Source: an uncultured Prevotella sp. (GTDB taxonomy: Bacteria; Bacteroidota; Bacteroidia; Bacteroidales; Bacteroidaceae). From it: a DNA stretch of 52,729 nt. How positions within the stretch are numbered: position 1 is the first letter of the stretch; each line of letters begins with the position of its first letter. This document shows positions 37,255-47,157 of the stretch, in pieces. The DNA lies in the NCBI GenBank assembly GCA_946540105.1, contig CAMNIA010000001.1, positions 1 to 52,729 of the forward strand, written 5' to 3'. A program made the position numbers and the translations under genes. The notes under the pieces are model-generated. The model saw only the letters and a list, made by a program, of their open reading frames with translations. It was not told the origin of the DNA and did not search any database.

Positions 37255-39522
37255 TCAGTCGGGCAAGACGTACTTCCGCGCCGGTGTTATCTTGACGTTC
37301 ACCACCTTGCCGTCTTTCATCTCGGCCTCCACGGTAGTATGTCCGCCTGCATGTAGCTTGAAGCGCACATCCCACGCCTTAGGCCAAGCAGGGAACAGGT
37401 AGAGCACGTCGTCCACCTCCTGCAACAGCATCTCCTGCATCGCTATCATGCCACTGCCGCCCCAGTTGTGGTCGGGTGTCCAGTCGTAGCCAGGACCCCA
37501 GAAGGCAGGAAAGCGGTGTGGTCCGTCGCCCAGTTTCAGCTGCAGCAGGCGTGCCGCCTCGTCAGTCAGTCCCAGACAGGCCGCCCAGATGACATCCTGT
37601 TTCCATCCTATATGCGTCCGGAACTTCACCACCAGCGAGTCGTTCCAATAGGTGTTGCGCGCCACCTCCAAGTCGGGTCTCCCTACGCCGTACATGCGCC
37701 AGGGGAAGACGGGATAGAGTTGTGTCGACTCCACGTTCTGCACGCGTTCGTAGTGCAGTGCCGGCGCTATCATGCCGTCCCTGACGGTAATCGCTGGCAG
37801 TCTGCTCAGCAGCAGCGTGTCATGCACGGCTTCAGCCACCGTGCGCAGTGCTGCTATCGTCGAGGTGGAGTTGTAAGCGCCCTTGAAAGTCTCGCCGCCA
37901 CTGCCCGGATACAGCACGAGTTTTCCGTTGCCGTCCAACCGTTTGGCTCCGCGCTGGTTTGCCAGATACTGGTAGTGCTCGTCGAAGAAGCGCAGACAGG
38001 AGTGTATCATCGGCATGTAAGCCGTTATGTCCATTCCGCCATAGCGGTGAGCCTCCAGTGCCATCATGCAGAACTCCAGACACGTGTCCCACTCGTACTC
38101 CAGCCATGCGTTGCGCTCCATGCCTGGGTCGAAGCCTTCTGGACGCTTGGTGCCATACTCAGGGTAGCAGGGCAGTCCGTAGTTTTCTATCTGTTCCGTC
38201 AGACACGCCCCCTCGTGTCCCCAGTACAGTCGTGAGCGCTCTTCTGCATTCTTATATATATTAAGGTAGAAGTCCAGCTGTGGCTTCAGCAGATCGTAGT
38301 CGCCGTTTTTCAACGTCGGCCAATAAACCAGTCGTTGGTTCTGTGCCGTATGCACACCCCCGCCCCAGTTGCGGAAGTCGGGCGACAGCCTATACTCCTC
38401 CGTTCCTGCCTTGCCGTCTCTTGCGGCATAGACATATTCGGGGTCGAAGGTAAACAGGCCGCCATTGAACTTCGTCGGCCACGGTCCCTTGGCGTTACAG
38501 CCTAACATATAACGGAATAGGGTGTAGTTGCGGAAGAGGTGAACCTCCGCGTGCTCATCGGTTTCTCCGATGAGCGCGTGCGTCTGATGAGTTGGTGACT
38601 GGATGTAGCTGCGCTCCCAGAAGTCGTGCCACCACTGGCGTGCCGTCTGCCTGTCGCGCGTGGTCTGTATCTGTCGTTCAGTCCGGCTGACGGCCTGCTG
38701 CCACTCACCGATGCTACCCTGCAGCGTAGCCATCGTCACCGTGAAGTCATGGTGCTGACTGGGGCGCTTGCTTTGGTACGTCCACCCCTCATAGTCGCTG
38801 CTGGCATAACGTCCGGTGGTATGACCCTTCAGCACGAACTGCTTGCCATGCAGTCTTCCACCGAAGGTCAGGTTCTTCAGCGGATTGCTCAGACGGTCTT
38901 TCACGCTCTCCATCTGCTGCTGACGTACGGTAGCGTCGAAGATGGTCTCCTCGCCGTTATGGTGAACGAAGCTGATGGCATCCGCTGTTGCCATGATGCT
39001 GTCATGACGCGTCGTCAAGCCCTTGGGTGCTGCAAACTTATAACTCGTCTGGAAGCGCTCGCGCTTCGTCAGTGTGATGTCTCTGGTGCGCCACGACTCG
39101 TAGGTGACCTCGACGCTGGTTTTCTCTTTCTCGACGTTCACCTCTACATGCACCACGGGTTTCTCAACGTCCGACCACAGCTGTACCCATGTCTGTCCGT
39201 CGGTAACCTGCCAGAAGCCATCCTTCAAGACCAGCTGCTGGCGCAGTGACTTCTGGCTGAGGGGTTTCGACAGATGGATGCGGAATCGCCCCAGCTTCAG
39301 CAGCGTGTTGTTCTCGTCAAAGCACCCGCTGCGGCTCAGGTAGAACAGCACGTCGCCCTGTTCCACCCAGACGTTCATGCCGACGTCGCCACCGCCACAC
39401 GGCATCGACTCCGACGAATTGCGGCTCTCCGACTTCCACTCGTAGGTCTGCGGCTGTGCCCATCCCTGCAGTGACACGAGGCTGAGGAGGCAAAAAAGAA
39501 AAAAATAATGCGTCTGTTTCAT
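37255..39522 (-). CDS. DUF5703 / GH95-like six-hairpin glycosidase-like secreted protein
   Basis: Signal peptide, SMPCGGGDVGMNVW, WGGG..TAQNQRL.YW, LYPVFP, QEMLLQ, LFPAWP..W..FKL; start trimmed to MKQTHY. Confidence 0.75.
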   Translation of the reverse strand: MKQTHYFFLFCLLSLVSLQGWAQPQTYEWKSESRNSSESMPCGGGDVGMNVWVEQGDVLFYLSRSGCFDENNTLLKLGRFRIHLSKPLSQKSLRQQLVLKDGFWQVTDGQTWVQLWSDVEKPVVHVEVNVEKEKTSVEVTYESWRTRDITLTKRERFQTSYKFAAPKGLTTRHDSIMATADAISFVHHNGEETIFDATVRQQQMESVKDRLSNPLKNLTFGGRLHGKQFVLKGHTTGRYASSDYEGWTYQSKRPSQHHDFTVTMATLQGSIGEWQQAVSRTERQIQTTRDRQTARQWWHDFWERSYIQSPTHQTHALIGETDEHAEVHLFRNYTLFRYMLGCNAKGPWPTKFNGGLFTFDPEYVYAARDGKAGTEEYRLSPDFRNWGGGVHTAQNQRLVYWPTLKNGDYDLLKPQLDFYLNIYKNAEERSRLYWGHEGACLTEQIENYGLPCYPEYGTKRPEGFDPGMERNAWLEYEWDTCLEFCMMALEAHRYGGMDITAYMPMIHSCLRFFDEHYQYLANQRGAKRLDGNGKLVLYPGSGGETFKGAYNSTSTIAALRTVAEAVHDTLLLSRLPAITVRDGMIAPALHYERVQNVESTQLYPVFPWRMYGVGRPDLEVARNTYWNDSLVVKFRTHIGWKQDVIWAACLGLTDEAARLLQLKLGDGPHRFPAFWGPGYDWTPDHNWGGSGMIAMQEMLLQEVDDVLYLFPAWPKAWDVRFKLHAGGHTTVEAEMKDGKVVNVKITPARKYVLPD

Positions 39523-39543
39523 AAATATATGACGAAAATGTTG

Positions 39544-39551
39544 TACCTTTG
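39544..39551 (+). promoter_or_regulatory. -7 element (TACCTTTG) for the metallophosphoesterase
   Basis: Exact TAnnTTTG 17 nt before ATG 39569. Confidence 0.7.
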
Positions 39552-39568
39552 CCCCCAAAACAAAACAA

Positions 39569-40681
39569 ATGAACATCTGGATGTTAGCTTTTCTTCTGCT
39601 CCCCGTAGCAGCCATGACTTATATCGGCTGGCACGTCTGGTGCCTGCTGCCCTTGGTGTGGGGTTGGAAGCTGCTGGTCGTCGCCCTCATGGTTGTCTCC
39701 TTCCTACTGATGTTTGCCGGCATCTGGCGCACTACCGACACGATGCCGCTGCCGCTGGCAACCTGTGTCTACGAAGTAGGCACCAGCAGCATCTTCATAC
39801 TGCTCTACCTCTTCATGCTGTTCCTCGTGCTGGATCTGGGCCGACTGCTCCACCTCCTCCCGCGCACCTTGTTCTATCAGAACTGGTGGACGACAGGCAG
39901 CATCTTCGTCTTCATCTTTGCGCTCTTCCTCTATGGCAACCTGCACTACAAGAACAAGGTACGTCAGGAGCTGACGCTCACAACCAGCAAGGCGCTGGCT
40001 CGTCCCTTGCGTCTCGTCATGCTGAGCGACCTACACCTGGGTTATCACAATCCGCGCAAGGAGCTGCACCGGTGGGTCGATCTCATCAATGCCGAACATC
40101 CTGACCTGATACTCATTGCCGGCGACATCATCGACGGTAGCATGCGTCCGCTCGGGGAGCAGCGCATGCACGAGGAGTTCCGCCGTCTGCAAGCGCCTGT
40201 CTATGCCTGTCTTGGCAACCACGAATACTACAGCGGCGAACCCGATGCCCAGCAGTTCTACCGTGACGCAGGAATCCACCTGTTGCAAGACAGCGTCGCG
40301 CAGGTTGGCGACCTGTGCATCATCGGGCGTGACGACCGCACCAACCGCCACCGCAAACCGCTAGGGAAAATCATTTCCCTCACCCCTCAGACATCAGACA
40401 TCAGCCATCACCCCTCTAAATATACCATTCTCCTCGACCACCAGCCCTACCATATGGAGGATGCCGAGCGACAAGGTGTCGACTTCCAGTTCAGCGGTCA
40501 TACCCACTACGGACAGGTGTGGCCTGTCTCTTGGATTACCGATGCCATCTACGAGTGTGCCTTTGGCGAGCACCAGCGTGGTGCTACGCGCTACTACGTC
40601 AGCAGCGGCATGGGCATCTGGGGTGGAAAGTTCCGCATCGGCACACGTTCCGAATACGTGGTGGCAACCATCAAGAACTAA
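39569..40681 (+). CDS. Membrane-anchored metallophosphoesterase (YkuE-like)
   Basis: N-terminal TMs; SDLHLG, GDIID, GNHE, HQP, GHTH.GQ motifs. Confidence 0.92.
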   Translation: MNIWMLAFLLLPVAAMTYIGWHVWCLLPLVWGWKLLVVALMVVSFLLMFAGIWRTTDTMPLPLATCVYEVGTSSIFILLYLFMLFLVLDLGRLLHLLPRTLFYQNWWTTGSIFVFIFALFLYGNLHYKNKVRQELTLTTSKALARPLRLVMLSDLHLGYHNPRKELHRWVDLINAEHPDLILIAGDIIDGSMRPLGEQRMHEEFRRLQAPVYACLGNHEYYSGEPDAQQFYRDAGIHLLQDSVAQVGDLCIIGRDDRTNRHRKPLGKIISLTPQTSDISHHPSKYTILLDHQPYHMEDAERQGVDFQFSGHTHYGQVWPVSWITDAIYECAFGEHQRGATRYYVSSGMGIWGGKFRIGTRSEYVVATIKN

Positions 40682-40714
40682 TCGTATAACAACATCATTA
40701 AAAAACAACGCAAC

Positions 40715-41593
40715 ATGAAAAAACTATGCTTTGCAACACTGCTGCTCTTTGGTCTGACGGCACACGCCGAGACCGTTGGTGACACGCTGGTCATCAAGAA
40801 TGCAGAAAAGGTGACCATCGAGACCCTCGATACCGTCCAGCACATCAGCATCAGAGGTGCCCGCGACAATGCCGGCTTCAGGTACGACCAACGCATTGCG
40901 TATAAAGACACCACTGCCGTACGCCGTAGCTACAGCAAGCTGAAGGACTTCAACAAGATACGCCTCAGCAAGAAAGGCAAGAAGAACTACTGGGAGTCGT
41001 CGCTCCATCTCTGTCTGGGCTTAAACGCCATGACAAGTGTCAACGACGATGTCTACTCCGACGCCAACTGGTCGTTTAAGGTTTGGCCAAGCATTGAGAT
41101 TGGCGTGGCAGTTACCGCCGACTGGTGTCCCTTCGGTTTCAAGAACAAGTGGAGCCTGGGCTTGGGTGTTGACTGGCGCAACTACCGCATGTCGAAAGAC
41201 ACCTACATCGACAAAGACAACAATGCACGGCTGTACCTCGAGCCCTACGTTGACGAACAGACCGAGCGCCGCACGTCACTGAACGTCTTCAGCGTACAGG
41301 TGCCCCTGCTCTATACCCATACCTTCGATGCTGACGAGCGGTGGAGCGTGACGCTGGGTGCCATCGTCAACTTCAACACCACGGCTTATGCCTTCCGTAA
41401 GTACACCGCCTTCGGCGAAGACTTCGAGGTAGAGCGCCACGACATTGGCGTCCGTCCTGTCACCCTCGACTTCATGGTGGCTGTCGACGCGCCGTACCTG
41501 CCTATGCTGTACTTCAAGTACAGCCCCACCACGCTCTTCAAGAGCGGTCGCGGTCCTAAGATGCACCAGCTGAGTTTCGGCATCGGCTTCTAA
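40715..41593 (+). CDS. Hypothetical outer-membrane beta-barrel protein
   Basis: Signal peptide, VQVPLL strand, YFKYSP, C-terminal FGIGF. Confidence 0.7.
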   Translation: MKKLCFATLLLFGLTAHAETVGDTLVIKNAEKVTIETLDTVQHISIRGARDNAGFRYDQRIAYKDTTAVRRSYSKLKDFNKIRLSKKGKKNYWESSLHLCLGLNAMTSVNDDVYSDANWSFKVWPSIEIGVAVTADWCPFGFKNKWSLGLGVDWRNYRMSKDTYIDKDNNARLYLEPYVDEQTERRTSLNVFSVQVPLLYTHTFDADERWSVTLGAIVNFNTTAYAFRKYTAFGEDFEVERHDIGVRPVTLDFMVAVDAPYLPMLYFKYSPTTLFKSGRGPKMHQLSFGIGF

Positions 41594-41616
41594 GCTGCCA
41601 CGCCACAGCCGCAGAG

Positions 41617-41659
41617 AAAAATGAAATGGGCTGCCCTAACGGGTAGCCCATTCGTTTTT
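41617..41659. terminator. Bidirectional terminator
   Basis: AATGGGCTGCCC/GGGTAGCCCATT stem flanked by A-tract and T-tract between convergent genes. Confidence 0.8.
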
Positions 41660-41682
41660 AACCACATAATACAGCGTATCCC

Positions 41683-41850
41683 TTAGGGAAGGCTGATTGC
41701 CTCTGACGGACAAACGTCAGCACATGTACCGCACTCAGTGCAGACATCAGGGTTGATTGAATACTTGTCGCCCTCAGAGATTGCTCCTGCGGGGCACTCG
41801 TCGATACATGTACCGCATGCGATGCAGTCGTCACCAATTACGTATGCCAT
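41683..41850 (-). CDS. 2[4Fe-4S] ferredoxin, 55 aa (absent from the ORF track)
   Basis: Manual translation MAYVIGDDCIACGTCIDECPAGAISEGDKYSINPDVCTECGTCADVCPSEAISLP; two CxxCxxCxxxCP motifs; own TATCTTTG element at 41900-41907. Confidence 0.97.
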   Translation of the reverse strand: MAYVIGDDCIACGTCIDECPAGAISEGDKYSINPDVCTECGTCADVCPSEAISLP

Positions 41851-41990
41851 AGTTGTTTTCTATTTAATTGAGTTAATAAAATACTTAAAAATTGCGATGC
41901 AAAGATACGTACTTTTCCGAATAATACCTAATTTTGATGACGTTTTTTTGCTTTTGTAACTCAATTTATACGCAGTCGAAATAATATTTC

Positions 41991-41998
41991 TACCTTTG
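41991..41998 (+). promoter_or_regulatory. -7 element (TACCTTTG) for porT
   Basis: Exact TAnnTTTG+CA 21 nt before the ATG. Confidence 0.7.
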
Positions 41999-42019
41999 CA
42001 AACGTTATAGAATACAGAT

Positions 42020-42766
42020 ATGAAACGACTCCTTACACTATCCATGATACTCGTCTGTGCCCTCACAGCCATGGCACAGCAGGACCGCGAGGTGCAACAC
42101 AAGCCATACATCGACTTGCGGCCCTACCACTTTGGTATTCTTGTGGGTGCTCACCTGCAGGACATCGAGTTCAACAACATCGGTCCGCACATGATGACGA
42201 TGCAGGACGGCACGACAGCCGAGCAGAACGTTGTCTGCGAAGCCGACAAGTGGGTGGCAGGCATCTCCGTCGGGGTGCTGGGTGAGTTGCGGCTGTCCGA
42301 GAACTTCTCGCTTCGCGTCTCACCTACCATGCATTTCGGTGCCAAGCACCTGACGTTCATCAACCTGAAGAAGACCGACGAACGCGGCGAACACATCCGC
42401 GAGTCGCAGGACCTGAAGAACACCTACGTCTCACTGCCCATCGACATCAAGTTTGCGGCACCGCGCTGGAACAACCACCGACCGTACATCATGGCGGGTG
42501 TCAACCCCACGATAAACCTCACGGGTGGCGAAGCCGACTACGTGCGGCTGAAGCGCTTCAACACCATGTTGGAGGTGGGCATGGGGTGCGACTTCTACCT
42601 GCCGTTCTTCAAGCTCATCCCCGAGTTGAAGTTCTGCTTCGGTCTGGGCAACGTGCTCGACACCAACCACGTCAACGAGTTGCGTGACGATAACGTAAGA
42701 GCCTACGCCGGTAGCGTAGACTCTGCTAAGTCGAAGATGGTTATGCTGACCTTCTATTTCGAGTGA
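42020..42766 (+). CDS. porT: T9SS outer-membrane protein PorT/SprT
   Basis: PY.D.RP.HFG, G.DFYLPFFKL.PELKF.FGL.N, C-terminal TFYFE. Confidence 0.9.
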   Translation: MKRLLTLSMILVCALTAMAQQDREVQHKPYIDLRPYHFGILVGAHLQDIEFNNIGPHMMTMQDGTTAEQNVVCEADKWVAGISVGVLGELRLSENFSLRVSPTMHFGAKHLTFINLKKTDERGEHIRESQDLKNTYVSLPIDIKFAAPRWNNHRPYIMAGVNPTINLTGGEADYVRLKRFNTMLEVGMGCDFYLPFFKLIPELKFCFGLGNVLDTNHVNELRDDNVRAYAGSVDSAKSKMVMLTFYFE

Positions 42767-43638
42767 AGGTCCACCACCAGCTTTCCTACATATACTGCTG
42801 ACTTGCCGTTCTGGTCCACAGGCACGGGCTTGCCGTCCATGTTGTTCCAGTACTCCAGCTTATCCATGAAGGTATGGGTGTGTCCGCCCAGCACCAGGTC
42901 AATGTTTCTCGAACATTTTATCATGACATTGTCGTCCTCGGCACGATAGCTCTCCCAGCCCAGATGTGAGATGCAGATGACGATGTCACACTTCTTCTGC
43001 TCCTTCAGCATGGTGGCAGTCTCCAGCGCCACCTTGGCGGGGTCCAGGTACTTCACGCCCACGCAGTTCTTGTCGCTCACCAGTCCTTTCAGCTGGGGTG
43101 ACAGTCCGAAGACGCCTATCTTCACGCCATTGCGCTTGATGATGATCCAGGGCTTCACCAGTCCCTCGACGACGGTTCCCGTAAAGTCGTAGTTCGCACA
43201 GACTATCGGGAAGGTGGCTTTCCGGAAGACGTCAGCCATCGTCTCCAGTCCGAAGTCGAACTCATGGTTACCGATGGTGGCGGCGTCGATGCCCATCATG
43301 TTCATCAACCCCACCTCCACGTCGCCTTTGAACATGGTGTAATAGGCAGAGCCCTGACAGAAGTCGCCGCTGTCGAAGTACAGCAGGTCGGGGTGTTTCT
43401 GACGTTCTTCCTTCAGCATCACGAGACGGCGCAGGAATCCGCCGCGTCCCGCCTTCATGGTGTCAGGCAGCTGACTGTTGATGGGGAATATCTGTGAGTG
43501 TGTGTCGTTGGTGTGCAGTATCACCAGTTGCTTCTTGGGCGCCTTGCCCTGTGCTTCTATTGGCGTAAAGGTAAAAAGGTAAAACGGTAGAAGCATTACC
43601 GCCAGTCTTACCACCTTGTTATATATATTTGTCTTCAT
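42754..43638 (-). CDS. 5'-nucleotidase, metallophosphatase (N-terminal) subunit
   Basis: LHTNDTHS, DSGD, GNHEFD, SHLG, GGHTH motifs; signal peptide. Confidence 0.92.
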   Translation of the reverse strand: MKTNIYNKVVRLAVMLLPFYLFTFTPIEAQGKAPKKQLVILHTNDTHSQIFPINSQLPDTMKAGRGGFLRRLVMLKEERQKHPDLLYFDSGDFCQGSAYYTMFKGDVEVGLMNMMGIDAATIGNHEFDFGLETMADVFRKATFPIVCANYDFTGTVVEGLVKPWIIIKRNGVKIGVFGLSPQLKGLVSDKNCVGVKYLDPAKVALETATMLKEQKKCDIVICISHLGWESYRAEDDNVMIKCSRNIDLVLGGHTHTFMDKLEYWNNMDGKPVPVDQNGKSAVYVGKLVVDLHSK

Positions 43639-43649
43639 AAGTCTTACTT

Positions 43650-43823
43650 AAAGAGATTAAAAATGAAAAATTAAAGATTAAAAATTAAAATGGGAGAATG
43701 GGAAGATGGGAAGATGGAAGAAGGCTGAGGGCTTTTCTAACTGAGAACTGAGAACTGAGAGGTATGATTACTACATCAAACATCAGACTTCAGACATCTT
43801 TAATTTTTAATTTTTATTTTTTA
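43650..43823. repeat. Composite array of degenerate 6-8-nt tandem repeats
   Basis: Blocks of AAAAATT/AAAGATT, ATGGGAAG, CTGAGAA, TCAGAC(A/T), TAATTTT; outer blocks are mutually inverted. Confidence 0.85.
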
Positions 43824-44600
43824 TTCCACCGTGATTCTTCCTTCAATATTCGCATCAACCACCTTGCCCTGTTTCTCCATGTCACGGAAGTAGTCCATGA
43901 TGATGAAGCGCGAGTTGTTGCTCGCCTCCTTCGGTGCATTCACGTTGCGGCACTTCTTCAGCGCCTCCATCTTGTCGGCACCGCCCAGCAGGTAGTCTAT
44001 CGTCGTCAGGCGGTAGTCTTTGTCGGGGTCAACGGGTTTGCCGTCGATGGTGGCACTCACCAGTTTGTTGTCTTTGCTGATGACGAGGCGCACCGCACTG
44101 CTCACGCCCTCGCCGCCCGTCGATGCTATCTGTCCGAACAGCTCCAGCACCTCGGTGCCTTTCAGCGTGCCGAAGGCTATCTTGTTCTCGAACGGGGCTA
44201 CATCCAGCACGTCGCCGTAGGTCACCGGTCCTTTAGGCAGTGCTGCCCGCACGCCACCCACGTTATACATGCCGAAGTCGGGTTTCTCGCCATACGCCGC
44301 AGCACCCCACACCAGGATGTCGCTCAGCAGGTTGCTCAGCAAGCCCTCGGGGCGCTCTGCCGTCATGTACTTAGCTGAGTGTCCCACCACCGGTCCCATC
44401 ACCGAGTCCACCTTCTGCTTGTAGGGAGCCAAGAACTGTGCCGCCCGCACGTCAGGCTGTGCGTCGTAGCGGCTGTCTATCACAATACGCGTGCGCGATA
44501 CCGATGCCACCTGGTAGTGGTGGGTCTTGCAACTGCTGGTCAGCAACAGTGCCGCCAGCACCATCAGAATAGTTGTTTTTGTTTTCATAGATATTGCCAT
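43821..44600 (-). CDS. 5'-nucleotidase C-terminal-domain lipoprotein (start may be 44588)
   Basis: Lipobox TSSC; N.GGVRA.LP.G.VT.GD...V.PFEN, T.DYL.GGAD; promoter TACCTTTG at 44611-44618. Confidence 0.9.
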   Translation of the reverse strand: MAISMKTKTTILMVLAALLLTSSCKTHHYQVASVSRTRIVIDSRYDAQPDVRAAQFLAPYKQKVDSVMGPVVGHSAKYMTAERPEGLLSNLLSDILVWGAAAYGEKPDFGMYNVGGVRAALPKGPVTYGDVLDVAPFENKIAFGTLKGTEVLELFGQIASTGGEGVSSAVRLVISKDNKLVSATIDGKPVDPDKDYRLTTIDYLLGGADKMEALKKCRNVNAPKEASNNSRFIIMDYFRDMEKQGKVVDANIEGRITVE

Positions 44601-44661
44601 TAAGTTGTTGCAAAGGTAACAAATATTTATGAATTATGTGTCAAGAATTGCATTTTTTTTG

Positions 44662-44669
44662 TACCTTTG
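44662..44669 (+). promoter_or_regulatory. -7 element (TACCTTTG) for priA, back-to-back with the nucleotidase promoter
   Basis: Exact TAnnTTTG+CA 7 nt before ATG 44677. Confidence 0.7.
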
Positions 44670-44676
44670 CAACTCA

Positions 44677-46998
44677 ATGAGTTTTGCCGATGTCATATTA
44701 CCACTGCCCCTGCAAGGCACCTTCACCTACGCCATCCCCCCACAGATGGCGCTCCAGGCGGGCATGCGCGTGCTCGTACCCTTCGGGCGCAGCAAGCACT
44801 ACGTCGGACTTGTCGACAGCCTGCACGACCGCCAGCCCGTGGGCTACACCGTCAAGAACATCCTTCAGGTGCTCGACAGCCAGCCCATCGTCACCGCCCT
44901 GCAGCTGCGGCTGTGGCACTGGCTCAGCGACTACTACCTGTCACCCCTTGGCGATGTCTACAAGGCGGCACTGCCTGCCGGACTGAAAGCGGAAGACGGC
45001 TACAAGCCCAAGACCGAGACGTACATCCGCCTCACACCGCAATACCGCAACACGGCGGCACTACACGTCGCCCTCAATGTCCTGAGCCGTGCCAAGAAGC
45101 AACTCGAAGCCTTCTGCACCTACCTGGAGCTTTCCCACTGGGACGAGGTGGAAGAGCAGCCGTCAGTCCACCGCCCGACAGCCGCTGCCGATGCGCTACC
45201 CCCGTCGGTCGTCGAGGTGACACGCGAGGAGCTGCTCAACGTCAGCGCTGCCTCCGCCGAGACGCTCAAGCAGCTCGAACGGCGCCAGCTGCTCGAGTGC
45301 TACGAGGTCGAGGTGGGACGCCTCAACCACGGCGGCACCTACCGTCCTGACCTCATCAAGCCGCTGTCGCCCGCCCAACAGCAGGCTTACAACGCGCTGC
45401 TCCTCTCCGCCATGCAGCGGCAGGTCACCCTACTCCATGGCGTCACGGGCAGCGGCAAGACCGAAATCTACATCCACCTCATCCAGCGCGCCCTCGACCG
45501 CAAGGAACAGGTGCTCTACCTCTTGCCTGAGATAGCGCTCACCGTTCAGATGATGCAACGGCTGCAGCGCATCTTCGGCGACCGCCTCGGCATCTACCAC
45601 TCACGCTATGCCGACGCCGAACGAGTGGAGATATGGCAGAAGCAGCTGTCAGCCCATCCCTACGACATTATCCTGGGAGCGCGCTCCGCCGTCTTCCTGC
45701 CCTTCCAGCGACTGGGTCTCGTCATCGTCGACGAGGAACACGAGACGTCCTATAAGCAGCAAGACCCCGCCCCACGCTACCACGCACGCTCTGCCGCCAT
45801 CATGCTGGCGCACCTGTCGGCACAAGCCACGCAGCAGCCGCCCGCCACCGTCATCCTCGGCACCGCCACGCCGTCGCTGGAGAGCTACTACAACGCCAAG
45901 AGCGGCAAGTACGGACTCGTCGAACTCACCGAGCGCTACCAGGGCATCCAACTGCCTGAGATACGTGTCGTCGACATTGCCGACATGCAGCGTCGCAAGA
46001 TGATGGCAGGACCATTCTCGCCCATGCTGCTCACGGCCATGCGCCAAGCCCTTGACCAGCAGCAGCAGGTCATCCTCTTCCAGAACCGCCGCGGCTTCTC
46101 GCCCTTCGTCGAGTGCCGTCAGTGCGGCTGGGTACCCACCTGTCAGCACTGCGACGTCAGCCTCACCTACCACCGCCAGCTCAACCAACTCACGTGTCAC
46201 TACTGCGGTGCCACCTACCAGGTGCCGTCCGAGTGTCCCTGCTGCGGCTCCACCGACCTGCGCACACATGGCTACGGCACCGAAAAGATAGAAGAACAGG
46301 TGCGCGAGGCCTTCCCCGACGCTCACATCGCACGCCTCGACCTCGACACCACGCGCACCCACAACGCCTACGAACGCATCATCGGCGACTTCTCCGCCGG
46401 ACGCACCAACATCCTCATCGGCACACAGATGATCAGCAAGGGACTGGACTTCGACCGTGTCAGCGTCGTGGGCATCATCGGTGCCGACGCCATGCTCAAC
46501 GCCCCCGACTTCCGTGCCTACGAACAGGCGTTCACCATGATGTCGCAGGTCAGCGGACGGGCAGGACGCAAGCACCAGCGCGGACTCGTCATCCTGCAGA
46601 CCAAGCAGCCCGACACGCCCGTCATCAGCCAGGTGGTACGTCACGACTATGCCGCACTCTACCGCGACCTCATCGTCGAGCGCCAGCAGTTCCACTACCC
46701 GCCGTACTGCCACCTCGTCTATGTCTATCTCAAGCACCGCCACGACAGCACCGTTGCAGCTGCCGCCACCGAGGTGGCTGCCCTGCTGCGCCAGTGGTTC
46801 GGCGACCGTGTGCTGGGTCCCGACAAGCCCGTCGTCGCCAAGGTCAAGTCACAGAACATCCGCAAGCTGGTCCTTAAGTTCGAGCGCGGCCTCGACATGC
46901 AGCGCGTCCGTCAGTACCTGCTCCGTGCCCAGTCGCAACTGCTGGAGACAGGTCGCTACTCCACCCTCCAGCTCTACTTCGACGTCGACCCGCAGTAA
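44677..46998 (+). CDS. priA: Primosomal protein N' (replication-restart helicase)
   Basis: GVTGSGKT, DEEH, two CxxC pairs zinc module, QVSGRAGR, terminal DVDP; start trimmed to MSFADV. Confidence 0.97.
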   Translation: MSFADVILPLPLQGTFTYAIPPQMALQAGMRVLVPFGRSKHYVGLVDSLHDRQPVGYTVKNILQVLDSQPIVTALQLRLWHWLSDYYLSPLGDVYKAALPAGLKAEDGYKPKTETYIRLTPQYRNTAALHVALNVLSRAKKQLEAFCTYLELSHWDEVEEQPSVHRPTAAADALPPSVVEVTREELLNVSAASAETLKQLERRQLLECYEVEVGRLNHGGTYRPDLIKPLSPAQQQAYNALLLSAMQRQVTLLHGVTGSGKTEIYIHLIQRALDRKEQVLYLLPEIALTVQMMQRLQRIFGDRLGIYHSRYADAERVEIWQKQLSAHPYDIILGARSAVFLPFQRLGLVIVDEEHETSYKQQDPAPRYHARSAAIMLAHLSAQATQQPPATVILGTATPSLESYYNAKSGKYGLVELTERYQGIQLPEIRVVDIADMQRRKMMAGPFSPMLLTAMRQALDQQQQVILFQNRRGFSPFVECRQCGWVPTCQHCDVSLTYHRQLNQLTCHYCGATYQVPSECPCCGSTDLRTHGYGTEKIEEQVREAFPDAHIARLDLDTTRTHNAYERIIGDFSAGRTNILIGTQMISKGLDFDRVSVVGIIGADAMLNAPDFRAYEQAFTMMSQVSGRAGRKHQRGLVILQTKQPDTPVISQVVRHDYAALYRDLIVERQQFHYPPYCHLVYVYLKHRHDSTVAAAATEVAALLRQWFGDRVLGPDKPVVAKVKSQNIRKLVLKFERGLDMQRVRQYLLRAQSQLLETGRYSTLQLYFDVDPQ

Positions 46999-47157
46999 TC
47001 TGCCAGCCTTGGACTTTTTCGGGCTGGGGTGCCTTTATGTTGAGGGACAAAAGATATTAGATTCTGACAGAAAGTTTCGTTAATTTGGAAAATTTTCCAC
47101 AAAATCTTTACTTTTATGGATAAAAATACCACCTTTGCACCATCAAAGCACAGATTT

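Noticed and set aside
43650..43823. IS or MITE with terminal inverted repeats
   Set aside because: Inverted ends are low-complexity, no target-site duplication or transposase seen; kept only as a repeat finding
42754..44600. Split 5'-nucleotidase as a pseudogene
   Set aside because: Each half has its own export signal and intact motifs; the two-gene form is normal in Bacteroidota
46999..47100. att-site duplication of the tRNA-Leu 3' end
   Set aside because: No copy of the tRNA end was found; only a weak CCAGCC/GGCTGG hairpin
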